Of a DNA stretch of 64,000 bases, positions 29,205 through 39,122 are shown one piece after another (the first letter of the stretch is position 1; the number at the start of each line of letters is the position of its first letter). The notes under the pieces are model-generated. The model was not told the DNA's origin. It saw only the letters and a program-made list of their open reading frames with translations, and did not search any database. The position numbers were made by a program, and so were the translations under genes. The stretch spans positions 171,834 through 235,833 of the IMG/VR virus record IMGVR_UViG_3300024259_000010. The stretch is one strand, 5' to 3'.

Positions 29205-29240
29205 AGATACTAGAGTGGTCACCCACTCTAGTATCTTTTT
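29205..29240 (+). terminator. Intrinsic terminator
   Basis: AGATACTAGAGTGG-TCAC-CCACTCTAGTATCT plus T-tract. Confidence 0.88.
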
Positions 29241-29339
29241 CGATTATAATTTTAATTATATTTTTTTGGGTAATAGTATGATAACCCTCATGGGGATTTT
29301 TTATCACTTTTTTTAATATTTTCGATTAATAGACAAGCA

Positions 29340-29347
29340 TATATTAC
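29340..29347 (+). promoter_or_regulatory. Early promoter TATATTAC
   Basis: Exact motif 43 nt upstream of the gp68-like gene. Confidence 0.7.
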
Positions 29348-29389
29348 ATATTTGTAAAAGAATTTTATTAAATTATAGAAAGGGTCAGA

Positions 29390-30961
29390 ATGCAATATAT
29401 TCACCAAGTGCGTCCAGATGGTAAAATAGATATGGCATTAGATTTAGGAAACATTAAGATACCTGAATTAGATGGAAAAGAATATCTATTACGATTTGTC
29501 ATTAAGACGTACACTAAAGTATGTAAAAACATTTCAAGTGGAACAGAAGAAAGTTCTTTCAATGCTATTAACAACTTCTTTGATTATATAATTGAAGATG
29601 ACAAAAAGATCATAGCTATTTATTTAGCAACAATGAATCATGTTATTCAAGAACATATGAAGAACGATTCTGCTGATAATATCATGGATCTATCCAAAGA
29701 ACTTGGGCAGATGGTATTGTCATTAAATAATATTATCTCACTGTATGATAAGTTAGTAGAGTTTGCATCTAAGAACGTCCCTATTAATTTGTTTAAAGAA
29801 GCTGGTGCTCGTCCGCAAGATACACCTCTTCATACTTATTATAAGGAAGACATTATTGAACTACTGGCATGTGTATTCATTTCAAAATTACTAGCTCCTA
29901 TATTTGGAACTATAATGAATTATGCTACTAAGTCTGGTATTGAATCACGTATCAAAGAATTACATTGTTTACCTATCGTATCACCACTATATGCAGAAGC
30001 ATGTCCACATGTTATTTATAAGCTGAAGAAATACATTGAACCTATTCTCAATAAAGAGTTTAAGGAAAATATGGATTCGATCAGTATTGGGTTTACTAAG
30101 AACTCAATTGAGAATCATGTGTTTGTGAACCTTATTGTACGGAACTTTATTAATCTCGATATTTATAGAGAGAATAGTAATCATATTACTGCTATCCGAG
30201 TTGGTATTAAGAAATCAATTGATACTCAACGTAGTAACATGAAGACTAATAAGATCATGTTCCGTGAAGACATATCAGCATTGCCTGATGATCAGAAAAG
30301 ATCTCAATTGGAGATCGATAGTGTTATCAGTAAAACAACAGCTGATGTACCTATTATCACTTCTGTATTCATCAACAAGACTGTAAATAGATTCTTAAAG
30401 GAGTATGATATTGAACATGGGATGTACGATGAATGTCTTAGACATAATTATGAATCTGGTGTTACGTATAATATCTTAAACTCTTTGATATTGGAAATCT
30501 TATTTAGCGGTGCATTGAGTGGTACTAAATCATTTAAGTATTTAACCATTCAAGATATAGCAAAATTGGTTACATGTTCACAGTTAATTTGTGCCTCTTT
30601 GAATTATTACGAACTCGCTAGCAGTATGACTGCATTGAGTTCATCTATGATTAAAGAACAAATGACTGATATGGATCAACAGATATTAGTTGGGTATCAA
30701 ACAAAACAACAATATCGTGCATACATTACTAAACTATTGGATTCATCATTAGGACCAGATATGCTAGTTAGCTTCTTTACCATAAGAGCTAAAAGTATCA
30801 TTACGTCAATTACGACGGATACTCATATCTTTAATAATAGTGAACTACTATGGCAACAACAGAAACATGACAATGTTAATGGTACAATAATTCAATTCAC
30901 AGATGGTTATATTCAAGAACTATGTGGATTATTAAACTTATTGTCAATTGAAGAATATTAA
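29390..30961 (+). CDS. Non-virion RNA polymerase promoter-specificity subunit (phiKZ gp68-like)
   Basis: 523 aa, similar in size to gp68. Sits between the ChmC and PicA candidates; ...YYKEDIIELLAC...KLLAPIFG and QRSQLEIDS segments. Confidence 0.6.
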   Translation: MQYIHQVRPDGKIDMALDLGNIKIPELDGKEYLLRFVIKTYTKVCKNISSGTEESSFNAINNFFDYIIEDDKKIIAIYLATMNHVIQEHMKNDSADNIMDLSKELGQMVLSLNNIISLYDKLVEFASKNVPINLFKEAGARPQDTPLHTYYKEDIIELLACVFISKLLAPIFGTIMNYATKSGIESRIKELHCLPIVSPLYAEACPHVIYKLKKYIEPILNKEFKENMDSISIGFTKNSIENHVFVNLIVRNFINLDIYRENSNHITAIRVGIKKSIDTQRSNMKTNKIMFREDISALPDDQKRSQLEIDSVISKTTADVPIITSVFINKTVNRFLKEYDIEHGMYDECLRHNYESGVTYNILNSLILEILFSGALSGTKSFKYLTIQDIAKLVTCSQLICASLNYYELASSMTALSSSMIKEQMTDMDQQILVGYQTKQQYRAYITKLLDSSLGPDMLVSFFTIRAKSIITSITTDTHIFNNSELLWQQQKHDNVNGTIIQFTDGYIQELCGLLNLLSIEEY

Positions 30962-31014
30962 TCTATTGTACGTGTAGGCATAAAACACCTGCACGTATAA
31001 AAAAAGGAATCTTA

Positions 31015-32301
31015 ATGATAATCGATATTATCGAAATGCCTTTCTTGGGTAAATCTTTACCTGAGTATGGTTCATTCATTCCTGTATCAATTCCACATCC
31101 GCAGAACTTAGATGATATTTATATGATCGGGTTCAAAACACATGCTAATATACACAAACATTATAAACGTTATAAAATTATTGAATCGTTAGGTGGTATG
31201 ATTCTAGAACATATTGTACTCGCTGCTCAAGAGCTAGATTTATTATCTGGTAAAAAGAGAAGTTATGGTTCAACTAGAATTAATTACACTAACGTATATG
31301 TAATAACAACACGTCAGCATATAGGTAACAAAATAACCACACATAGATATTTCAAACCATTGGAACATTTATTAATGGCACTTGGGTCGAATGCATCTGG
31401 GATTAAAACAATCCATCAGGTAGCTATATCGGCTTTACTTAATATGTCTGAACGTGTATACAAACTAGATGAACTAACTCATATTTTAAATGATTTTGTT
31501 TTTGAGAACGAAGGAGTCTTAACCCATTTAACAACACCGTCTGTAAATGATGTAGTTGATATAATGGCAAATATTCATAACATCTTTAATGATGTATTCC
31601 ATTACTCATGTAATACAAGTCTGACAGCTGAAAGTTTGTCAGAAGTCCATGAATATTTAAGAAACTCTTTAGACATACCACAGCGTCCTCCAGTAGGATC
31701 TATATGTGATTTGATCTTCAGAAGCAGATATTACAATATGGTAGAAGATGATCTAGTACCGTTTGTAGATAAGCATAACTTTGGAATGTACAGTAGTAAT
31801 GTACCTAGGACACCGCCGGTGTTAATTGAAGATGTCGATTTAATAAATCCTCATATTGATTCTAAGAACAACGATAGAATCGATGTACAATCTTTAATCG
31901 AAACACTGACTTCACTTGAACTGTGTGACTACACAGATCTATCAATTAATCTTGATTATAATGACACACCGCATCCAGATGTGAATATTCACTACACTGG
32001 TTCAGTGTTTAACCATTATTCAATCAACTCATGTAAGCAAAGCTACTTAGGGCTTGATATTGATATTGTACAATTGTATAAGGTTTTAATTAATCTATAT
32101 GGTATTGAAAAATTCCATATGCATAAACCAGACATCTCAGTCTGTAAAACTTTTTACGAAGATGTATATATTAAGTTTACTTCACACACTGCTAAAGATT
32201 TCATATGTTACTTTGATATGACTATCATGTCGGTTCTCTCTCCGATATTGATTGATGATGTATCAGAGGATTACATACGAAAGCAGTTTTTGAATTATTA
32301 A
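31015..32301 (+). CDS. Orphan hypothetical protein (428 aa)
   Basis: AAAGGAA RBS; no recognisable motif. Confidence 0.7.
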   Translation: MIIDIIEMPFLGKSLPEYGSFIPVSIPHPQNLDDIYMIGFKTHANIHKHYKRYKIIESLGGMILEHIVLAAQELDLLSGKKRSYGSTRINYTNVYVITTRQHIGNKITTHRYFKPLEHLLMALGSNASGIKTIHQVAISALLNMSERVYKLDELTHILNDFVFENEGVLTHLTTPSVNDVVDIMANIHNIFNDVFHYSCNTSLTAESLSEVHEYLRNSLDIPQRPPVGSICDLIFRSRYYNMVEDDLVPFVDKHNFGMYSSNVPRTPPVLIEDVDLINPHIDSKNNDRIDVQSLIETLTSLELCDYTDLSINLDYNDTPHPDVNIHYTGSVFNHYSINSCKQSYLGLDIDIVQLYKVLINLYGIEKFHMHKPDISVCKTFYEDVYIKFTSHTAKDFICYFDMTIMSVLSPILIDDVSEDYIRKQFLNY

Positions 32302-32320
32302 ATCATAGTTAATATAAGTA

Positions 32321-32328
32321 TATATTAC
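32321..32328 (+). promoter_or_regulatory. Early promoter TATATTAC
   Basis: Exact motif upstream of the PicA candidate. Confidence 0.7.
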
Positions 32329-32397
32329 ATTAATGTGAGCAAGTTGAAAAACCTCTACTCGCATTAATTTAAATTTATAAAAGAAAGGGATTATAAA

Positions 32398-33921
32398 ATG
32401 CTTGATATGAATGGCTGTAATATGTTCAATGACGCGATTGGACCTAAAATTAAATTATTCATTTTTACACCAAGGCACCACAATGTATCTGTTATTAGAC
32501 CATATGTGTTTAACTTCACAGAAGATATGGCTGATACATTCCTACAAGGGAATGGTACAACTGATGCAATGATGCGAATGAATGGATTCAATAACAATAG
32601 CTTATGTGATGCAATTATGCCATCTACAAATGGTATTGTATTGAACACAAACGTATTAGATCAATATTATTCATTTGTTTTGATTATTGATGGGGCGGAG
32701 CCAGTAAGATCTATGATCTCATTTGGTGCTCCAAAACGTAGAACTGTTCTTACAGGTTACTTCTACGATGAACCTATCCTACAACATACATTACATTCAT
32801 CTACACCTATTGTGAATCCACAAGCAGTGATGGTGTTTACACATAATACATCAGTGATGTTAAATGCTGGAAACCAAGTTAATGGTAACAGTATCCAGAA
32901 CATTTCATTAACTGCTATGCATGATATCATTCCACAATCTACTGACGCATTAGTAGACCAAGCTCAAGTTGGACAAGGTGGATTGGCATTATGTGACATT
33001 GGTTCTATTACAAATGCATATAAACCAGATACATATAGTGAAGAATCTATATCAACAGGAATACCTCTCAATCTAGCTGGGTTCAAAGGTCAAGCTCCTA
33101 TGTTGCACAATCGTGTTAAGTCACCTAAGCAACAATTAGTTGATATTGCATCTAGTGTTGATCAGGCTGTAAGTATGGCTGGATCAGATCATAAGATCAT
33201 TGGTGGGTTTAATGGATCATTAGTTGGTAATGATTCTCACACTATATTTATGGATAGTTTGTATTCACATTTCCAAAGACCAGATGTTGCACAGATTCAA
33301 CAAGGTATTAATCCTTCTGAACCTGTACAAATTCAACAGTTGATCAATATGTACCCGAACACTGAAGTCATACCGTGTCAAGTTCCATTTGATGCGCAAT
33401 GTGATGTACGTGATCAACGTAGTATGAATATTCAAACTGTATTCTCGTCAATGGCAACTAAAGTTATTAATTCATCTGCAGAATCATTATTACTAGGAAC
33501 GTTATCATTTAGATATTCGTCTTGGAATAAAGCATCTGCTATGGACAGAGGTGGAGCTTGGCACATCATGGGTGCATCCTTAATTATGGGTGACGACGAT
33601 GTATCAGGAAGTATCTTGGATAACTCTATTCAGAAGTTTACAATGGAACTGGAAGCATCATTATTCCCAATCCTACTTAAAGCAGGTGGGGAATTTGATA
33701 TGCAAGTTAATTTTGATTCTACGGGTAATACCGCAGTTGATTTATACTTCATGGATTTTACATCCGATGATAAGAATCAATATTACATTGAGCACAATAG
33801 TCTAGGTGGTATTACATCCCCAGCTGTTGGTTCAAGTGATAATGCTAATCATAATAAAAATCAGTTTGACGCACTCGCTGCTAACCTGGTGAAAAAAGGT
33901 GTTGTTGAGGCACATATTTAA
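32398..33921 (+). CDS. picA: Candidate PicA/Imp1 nuclear protein-import factor (phiKZ gp69-like)
   Basis: N-terminal IRPY.FNF, FVL.I and VLTGY. C-terminal run SSMATKVI..LLLGTLSFR / IQKFTMELEASLF / MQVNFDSTGNTAVDLYF / ITSPAVG follows the pattern I recall for gp69; synteny gp68-(x)-gp69-gp70. Confidence 0.62.
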   Translation: MLDMNGCNMFNDAIGPKIKLFIFTPRHHNVSVIRPYVFNFTEDMADTFLQGNGTTDAMMRMNGFNNNSLCDAIMPSTNGIVLNTNVLDQYYSFVLIIDGAEPVRSMISFGAPKRRTVLTGYFYDEPILQHTLHSSTPIVNPQAVMVFTHNTSVMLNAGNQVNGNSIQNISLTAMHDIIPQSTDALVDQAQVGQGGLALCDIGSITNAYKPDTYSEESISTGIPLNLAGFKGQAPMLHNRVKSPKQQLVDIASSVDQAVSMAGSDHKIIGGFNGSLVGNDSHTIFMDSLYSHFQRPDVAQIQQGINPSEPVQIQQLINMYPNTEVIPCQVPFDAQCDVRDQRSMNIQTVFSSMATKVINSSAESLLLGTLSFRYSSWNKASAMDRGGAWHIMGASLIMGDDDVSGSILDNSIQKFTMELEASLFPILLKAGGEFDMQVNFDSTGNTAVDLYFMDFTSDDKNQYYIEHNSLGGITSPAVGSSDNANHNKNQFDALAANLVKKGVVEAHI

Positions 33922-33938
33922 ATAAAGGAAATTATAAT

Positions 33939-35216
33939 ATGCCGCAGATAAAGAAAGATGTAACTGAATTCTTTAAGTTACTAATAGAAATAGGTGACTG
34001 TTTTTATGTTGATAAAGAGATGACAATTCGTACTAAATCGGATGATCATCCTGTATTGATTAAGATTAACGATAAACCACTTCCCATGATTGTATTTAAT
34101 GACAACATGATGGTGGGCAAACATACATTCTTCAATCCTTTGGTTGAGGTAATGGGACACAGTGCGGAACGTAATTGGTTTGAAGCATCACGGTCATTGA
34201 TATTTGGAGTCATGGTTAAGAACATGATGAAGAAGATTATCACAATGGCATTAGATGAAGAAGCTGAAGTTGATTACGATAAGTTGGATATGATTCGACC
34301 ATTTATTAAGAAGATCGATAAGAAGTTGATCAAGGAAATAGATAAGATTCAACCAGTACGTATGCTTCGTATTGTACCTTTTGATAATAAGCGAACTGCT
34401 CAAGCTCAGACTGATATCTTCGATAAGAAATATCAAGAGACCTTGTCATCAGTACGTAAAGGATCATGGGTTATCATTACGAGTATGTTCGAAAGCTTCT
34501 TAGGTACAGATGAGCCACATAAGTTATACCATCATAAAGGAACTATTATCGGTATTCAGAAAATGGATGCCTTCCTTAATGTAATGTTGAAATTAACCCA
34601 AGCACTTGATATTTATGCAGAGGTTATTTTGGAGAAAGATCTTCATACAGCTGAATTTGTTCAGCATATGAAACATATTGAAGAGTATCGTGAGAAATGC
34701 AAATATGCAGTAACTGCTACTATCCAATCGGATAAAGAAGCAGTGAAACCTGAACCTGTTAAAGCCCCATGGCAAACAGATCCAACTACGCAGTATGCAC
34801 AACCCACGCCACAATTCAATGCTCCTACAGCTGGTGTACAACAAGCGATTCCATATCCTGGAGGACCACAGCAGGTAATGCCGCAATATGGTGCTCCGGC
34901 TCAACCTATGTATGGACAACAACAACCACCTCAGCAAATGGCAGGACAACCCGTAGTAGGTAGTGTTCCAAATGCTGATCCGATGATGTTTGCAAGAATG
35001 GCTAAGATATTGGAATCAAATCCATATATGGATGCTAATCAACTTGCAAATAACAACGCACCAATGATGATGAATGGTCAGCATAACCCTGGTTTTACAA
35101 TGGGGGCGCAACAACAGATGCCAATGCCAAGCATGATTCATGAGGATACGAGCAGCAGTGCTATTCCAGCTCCAAGAGATGGAGGAGGAGGATTGCCGAC
35201 GCCGCATAATATCTAA
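33939..35216 (+). CDS. Conserved core protein (phiKZ gp70-like) with Q/P/M-rich low-complexity tail
   Basis: FF..LIEI...YVD...I, FFNPLVE; directly downstream of picA; last ~150 aa low-complexity. Confidence 0.55.
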   Translation: MPQIKKDVTEFFKLLIEIGDCFYVDKEMTIRTKSDDHPVLIKINDKPLPMIVFNDNMMVGKHTFFNPLVEVMGHSAERNWFEASRSLIFGVMVKNMMKKIITMALDEEAEVDYDKLDMIRPFIKKIDKKLIKEIDKIQPVRMLRIVPFDNKRTAQAQTDIFDKKYQETLSSVRKGSWVIITSMFESFLGTDEPHKLYHHKGTIIGIQKMDAFLNVMLKLTQALDIYAEVILEKDLHTAEFVQHMKHIEEYREKCKYAVTATIQSDKEAVKPEPVKAPWQTDPTTQYAQPTPQFNAPTAGVQQAIPYPGGPQQVMPQYGAPAQPMYGQQQPPQQMAGQPVVGSVPNADPMMFARMAKILESNPYMDANQLANNNAPMMMNGQHNPGFTMGAQQQMPMPSMIHEDTSSSAIPAPRDGGGGLPTPHNI

Positions 35217-35275
35217 ACATAAAATATACATCACTGGGGAAACCCAATGATGTATATTTTTTTTAAGGATTTAAA

Positions 35276-36109
35276 ATGAAAAGAACCGAGTATACAGGAA
35301 TTGCTTTAGATACACTTATGGATAATGATACAAAGGATCTACGAGTATGGATACCAGAACTATCACCATTCACACAAGAAGATCCGTCAGAAGAACTTAA
35401 CATAACTTCCAAGGCTACTAACTTAGCTAGTAATAATAAATACAAAGCTGATCTAACAGTCGTATCATTTGTAGTATGTGAGTACTATGGTAATACAAAA
35501 ATATCTAGGCCCAATGTACACGTCGGTGAACAAGTAAGAGTATTCATGTATGAGGAGAATAATGTCTATTTTTGGGATGTTATTGGTAGAGACGATGAAC
35601 TACGTACTGTAGAGTGGACTCGTTATATGATTTCAGATAAGCCAACTCAAATGGCACCATTGATCCCACATCTATCTTACTACGTTGAAATGGATACTCG
35701 AACTGGTCAGAGAAAAGCACATATACATCTCGGTCAAGGTACTGGTGAGAAAGTAGGATATGATCTTACATTCAATATGGAAGCTAGTACTGTAGAACTC
35801 CGAGATACAGTTGGAAACTTTGCGAATTTAGTAAGTTTACCAATGATGTGGAATATCTTTAATGCGGTAGGTGATCATGCCTTAATACATCCTAAACATA
35901 TACATGCTCAAATTAACTCAGGTGAATTTATTGATATGATCCCAGGTCTTGTAAATATTAATGCAGCACTTACTCATATGACAGGGGATGTTATTGCTGA
36001 GGGTAATATCACATCTATGGTTAATAACATCACACTATCATCACATAAACATCCTGGTACAGGAAGTGATTATGATGTTAACAAAGTTCCACCAATACCT
36101 GGAACATAA
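35276..36109 (+). CDS. Baseplate central spike protein (gpV/gp138-like, OB-fold plus HxH apex)
   Basis: N-terminal YTGI...LRVWIPELSPF and P.VHVGEQVRV (OB-fold-like). C-terminal GDVIAEGNITS...ITLSSHKH, the metal-binding HxH tip. Confidence 0.7.
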   Translation: MKRTEYTGIALDTLMDNDTKDLRVWIPELSPFTQEDPSEELNITSKATNLASNNKYKADLTVVSFVVCEYYGNTKISRPNVHVGEQVRVFMYEENNVYFWDVIGRDDELRTVEWTRYMISDKPTQMAPLIPHLSYYVEMDTRTGQRKAHIHLGQGTGEKVGYDLTFNMEASTVELRDTVGNFANLVSLPMMWNIFNAVGDHALIHPKHIHAQINSGEFIDMIPGLVNINAALTHMTGDVIAEGNITSMVNNITLSSHKHPGTGSDYDVNKVPPIPGT

Positions 36110-36119
36110 GGAAAAGAAT

Positions 36120-36530
36120 ATGGATCAAAACGTACTTAAAATAGAAACAAACGTCTTTCATCATGAGATCGTTAAAAAGATGTGTGATGATTGGATTGTA
36201 GTAGAAAAGAATTTGGCAAAAGAAGGGAAAGATATCCCCCACATACAAACGTGGAGGATACTTTCACAATTATCTATTTTTAATTTAGAAGGAATGGAAG
36301 AGTTCTTCAATACTATCCCAAATGAAGATCTTAAAATCTTAACGCGATTTACTGAACTATATGTGAATATTAAATATTCCATTGGTAGTTCAGCAGTTGA
36401 GAGAATGAGAAAAGAATTATATACAGTATTGAAAGAGTTTAGTGTTAAAGATAAACAACGTGTTATTAAACGTTTCCCGTTTATTGTTATAATACCTGTA
36501 CTAAACTCGATCTATCCTAATCATTTATAA
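36120..36530 (+). CDS. Hypothetical protein
   Basis: Start moved to ATG 36120 behind AAGGAAAAG. Confidence 0.6.
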   Translation: MDQNVLKIETNVFHHEIVKKMCDDWIVVEKNLAKEGKDIPHIQTWRILSQLSIFNLEGMEEFFNTIPNEDLKILTRFTELYVNIKYSIGSSAVERMRKELYTVLKEFSVKDKQRVIKRFPFIVIIPVLNSIYPNHL

Positions 36531-36881
36531 TTATTGAAATTCAGAATCGTAAGCAGAGAAGTTCTCCTTAAGGTTCTGAATATATTCTTGGGTAGGGATA
36601 TAGAACATGTTTGTATATTGTGGTATTGCTTTGGATAGCTTAAGATTATTAATAAGCATAATGATCCATGCATCCTCTGGAAAGATATCATACTTAGCAA
36701 ACAAGTCTCTATATCTATGACGATATTTATTGAGATCATTTACATTGATTTCTTTCTTTATACTTACATTTAGAATAGCTTGTATATGGTCAGTTATAAA
36801 CTGCACCCATTTTAAATTCCCAGATGTATGGGTAATGTCAAATGCATCTAGTTCTTTTGTTAATGTATATGGTAGTGTCAT
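36531..36881 (-). CDS. Putative baseplate wedge protein (T4 gp53/LysM-like)
   Basis: WIIMLINN...FYIP resembles the gp53-type WIILLxN motif; AAGGGG RBS and an upstream TATGTAT. Confidence 0.5.
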   Translation of the reverse strand: MTLPYTLTKELDAFDITHTSGNLKWVQFITDHIQAILNVSIKKEINVNDLNKYRHRYRDLFAKYDIFPEDAWIIMLINNLKLSKAIPQYTNMFYIPTQEYIQNLKENFSAYDSEFQ

Positions 36882-36965
36882 TTAATACCCCTTGTTAAAA
36901 TTTATTAATACATATAATGTGTATTTCAAATAATTTTGGATAACTTTTCATTTAACTTATAAACA

Positions 36966-36973
36966 TATATTAC
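36966..36973 (+). promoter_or_regulatory. Early promoter TATATTAC
   Basis: Exact motif upstream of the nvRNAP beta gene. Confidence 0.7.
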
Positions 36974-37022
36974 ATATATGTTAAGGATTTTTAATTATAA
37001 CTAGAAAAAGGAGTACAACTTT

Positions 37023-39104
37023 ATGGATGATAATGTAATAGCAGATCCACGATCTATTGCTGATACAAATATTAAACCAGAGGTGATTGGTCTTGAGAAT
37101 CTTCTTAGTCCACTCTGTCAGTTCAACTCATCACAACGTGCAGATATGTTTAGTTCAAATATTTCACAAGCGTTAGTGGTAGATGGATGCGAACCACCAA
37201 GATTAGGATCTGGATTCGAACAGATGATTGGAGATTATTACTTCGATCCAACGCGTCGTAAATCAGAAGCTCAGTTAATTGATGTGATACCAAAATTCGA
37301 AATAGGATTTAGTAGTTCTCATATTTCAGAGTGTCCTAGTAAGACTGTAATACTTTTAACACCAGAAGGTATTGATTGTATTGAGATTAAGAATCATGAA
37401 CAATTATATTCAGGGTTTGGTTACAAGAACAAAATATCACCAGATGCAATTTATCTTAATACGGATGAAGGATCTTTTATTCCTAAAGATATGAAATTTG
37501 CAGAACCACCTAATCACATTGAAGGCGTACATTGTTTAGGCGTTAATGCTCAAGTAGCATATATGGCTATCCCACATGTTGTTCAGGATGCAATTGTTAT
37601 TGGTGAAAGTTATGCTAAAAAGAATGGTCACTTAGGTGTCCATACTGTTAAAGTCTCATTAGATGAAAATGATATTCCAATCAATCTCTATGGAACTGAA
37701 ATAGATCCTAAGATATTTCCAGACATTGGCCAGCAGGTTAATGAAGAAGGTATCTTAATGGCTATCCGAGAAAGCTCGGCATCGTCATTTGCAGATCTTA
37801 CAGAAGCAGCACTTAACCATGTTCAGTTTACAACTGATAAGATTATTAAAGCACCAGCAGGTGCCACTGTTATGGATGTCAAAGTATTCAGCTCAGCTAT
37901 TGCATATAGAAAGCTTGCTGATAATCCTGGTATGATGTCTCAGGTTATTAAATACCAATCACATTATTACAATTACTATAAGCGTATTATCGATTGTTAT
38001 AACAAGATTAAAAATGATGGGCATAAATTAACTCCACGTTTCAATGATCTAGTAACACGAGCAATGTGTTTGAAGAAACCAGCAAACTCAAAAGAGAAAC
38101 TACCACTGATTGATAAACGTGTACCTGTAGGACATTTCGTATTAGAAATTACTTATGGTTATACACGCAATGTATCAAATGGTTTTAAATTTGCTGGACG
38201 TTCTGGTAACAAAGGTGTTATCTCAATTATCTGGCCTGATGAACATATGCCAGTTGATGAACAAGGTATTAGAGCTGATATGATTGTCTCTCCTGAGTCA
38301 GTTGTAAACAGATTGAATCCATCACAGTTATATGAACAGTTCTATAATAGAATGGGTGACTTAATGGCACAGCGAGTTCGTAATGATGAATTCGGTTCCA
38401 TGACAAATACATACAATACTGTCATAAGTTTTCTTAAGGATATTCGTCAAGAGTATGCGAGAGAGATAGATGAGCTATGTGATACTCCAGCAAAGAAGCA
38501 GGCATTAATCGATGATATCAAAGAAGATGGTTTTTATCTGATTATACCCCCATTCTGTAAGGATGTTACATTGTTAAATTGTAAGAATCTAGCGGCTAAG
38601 TACAACTATGTTGAATCACCTGTAACTTACTCGTATCGACAACAAGACGGTACATTGAAAACTGTTACAACTAAGTTTGATCATTGCATTGGATCTATCT
38701 ATATGTACATACTTGGTAAGATACCACAGATGCAGGCTTCTGCATTAGAGATATCGTACATTAATCAATTCGGGTTACCGATTAAAGCAAAGTCAAAGGA
38801 ACTGAAACTACAACATCTGTATACAGCTACACCATTACGTTTTGGTGAAGATGAAGTCAGTATGTTTATTATGGATCTACCTCCTGAAAACATTGCAAGA
38901 TTCTTGGGTATACGTGCTACATGCACATCAGCCACAGAAAAGATGAATCGTGAATTGTTAACGGTCAAACGACCATCTGCTATTAAGCACATTAAGATGT
39001 CTACTAGAGAGATCGTGAAGAATAGTGTTGTGAGTAAGATCTTTAATCATTACATGGGTGTTATAGGATTCGATACAAGCGAAACCTCATCTGGTCGTAA
39101 ATAA
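37023..39104 (+). CDS. Non-virion RNA polymerase beta subunit, C-terminal part (phiKZ gp71-73-like)
   Basis: NSSQRADMFSSNISQA, GVNAQVAYM...QDAIVI, GFKFAGRSGNKGVIS, RADMIVSPESVVNRLNPSQLYEQ, G.IYMY.L.K and PLRFGEDE. Confidence 0.88.
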   Translation: MDDNVIADPRSIADTNIKPEVIGLENLLSPLCQFNSSQRADMFSSNISQALVVDGCEPPRLGSGFEQMIGDYYFDPTRRKSEAQLIDVIPKFEIGFSSSHISECPSKTVILLTPEGIDCIEIKNHEQLYSGFGYKNKISPDAIYLNTDEGSFIPKDMKFAEPPNHIEGVHCLGVNAQVAYMAIPHVVQDAIVIGESYAKKNGHLGVHTVKVSLDENDIPINLYGTEIDPKIFPDIGQQVNEEGILMAIRESSASSFADLTEAALNHVQFTTDKIIKAPAGATVMDVKVFSSAIAYRKLADNPGMMSQVIKYQSHYYNYYKRIIDCYNKIKNDGHKLTPRFNDLVTRAMCLKKPANSKEKLPLIDKRVPVGHFVLEITYGYTRNVSNGFKFAGRSGNKGVISIIWPDEHMPVDEQGIRADMIVSPESVVNRLNPSQLYEQFYNRMGDLMAQRVRNDEFGSMTNTYNTVISFLKDIRQEYAREIDELCDTPAKKQALIDDIKEDGFYLIIPPFCKDVTLLNCKNLAAKYNYVESPVTYSYRQQDGTLKTVTTKFDHCIGSIYMYILGKIPQMQASALEISYINQFGLPIKAKSKELKLQHLYTATPLRFGEDEVSMFIMDLPPENIARFLGIRATCTSATEKMNRELLTVKRPSAIKHIKMSTREIVKNSVVSKIFNHYMGVIGFDTSETSSGRK

Positions 39105-39122
39105 CATTAAGTAAAGGAACAT

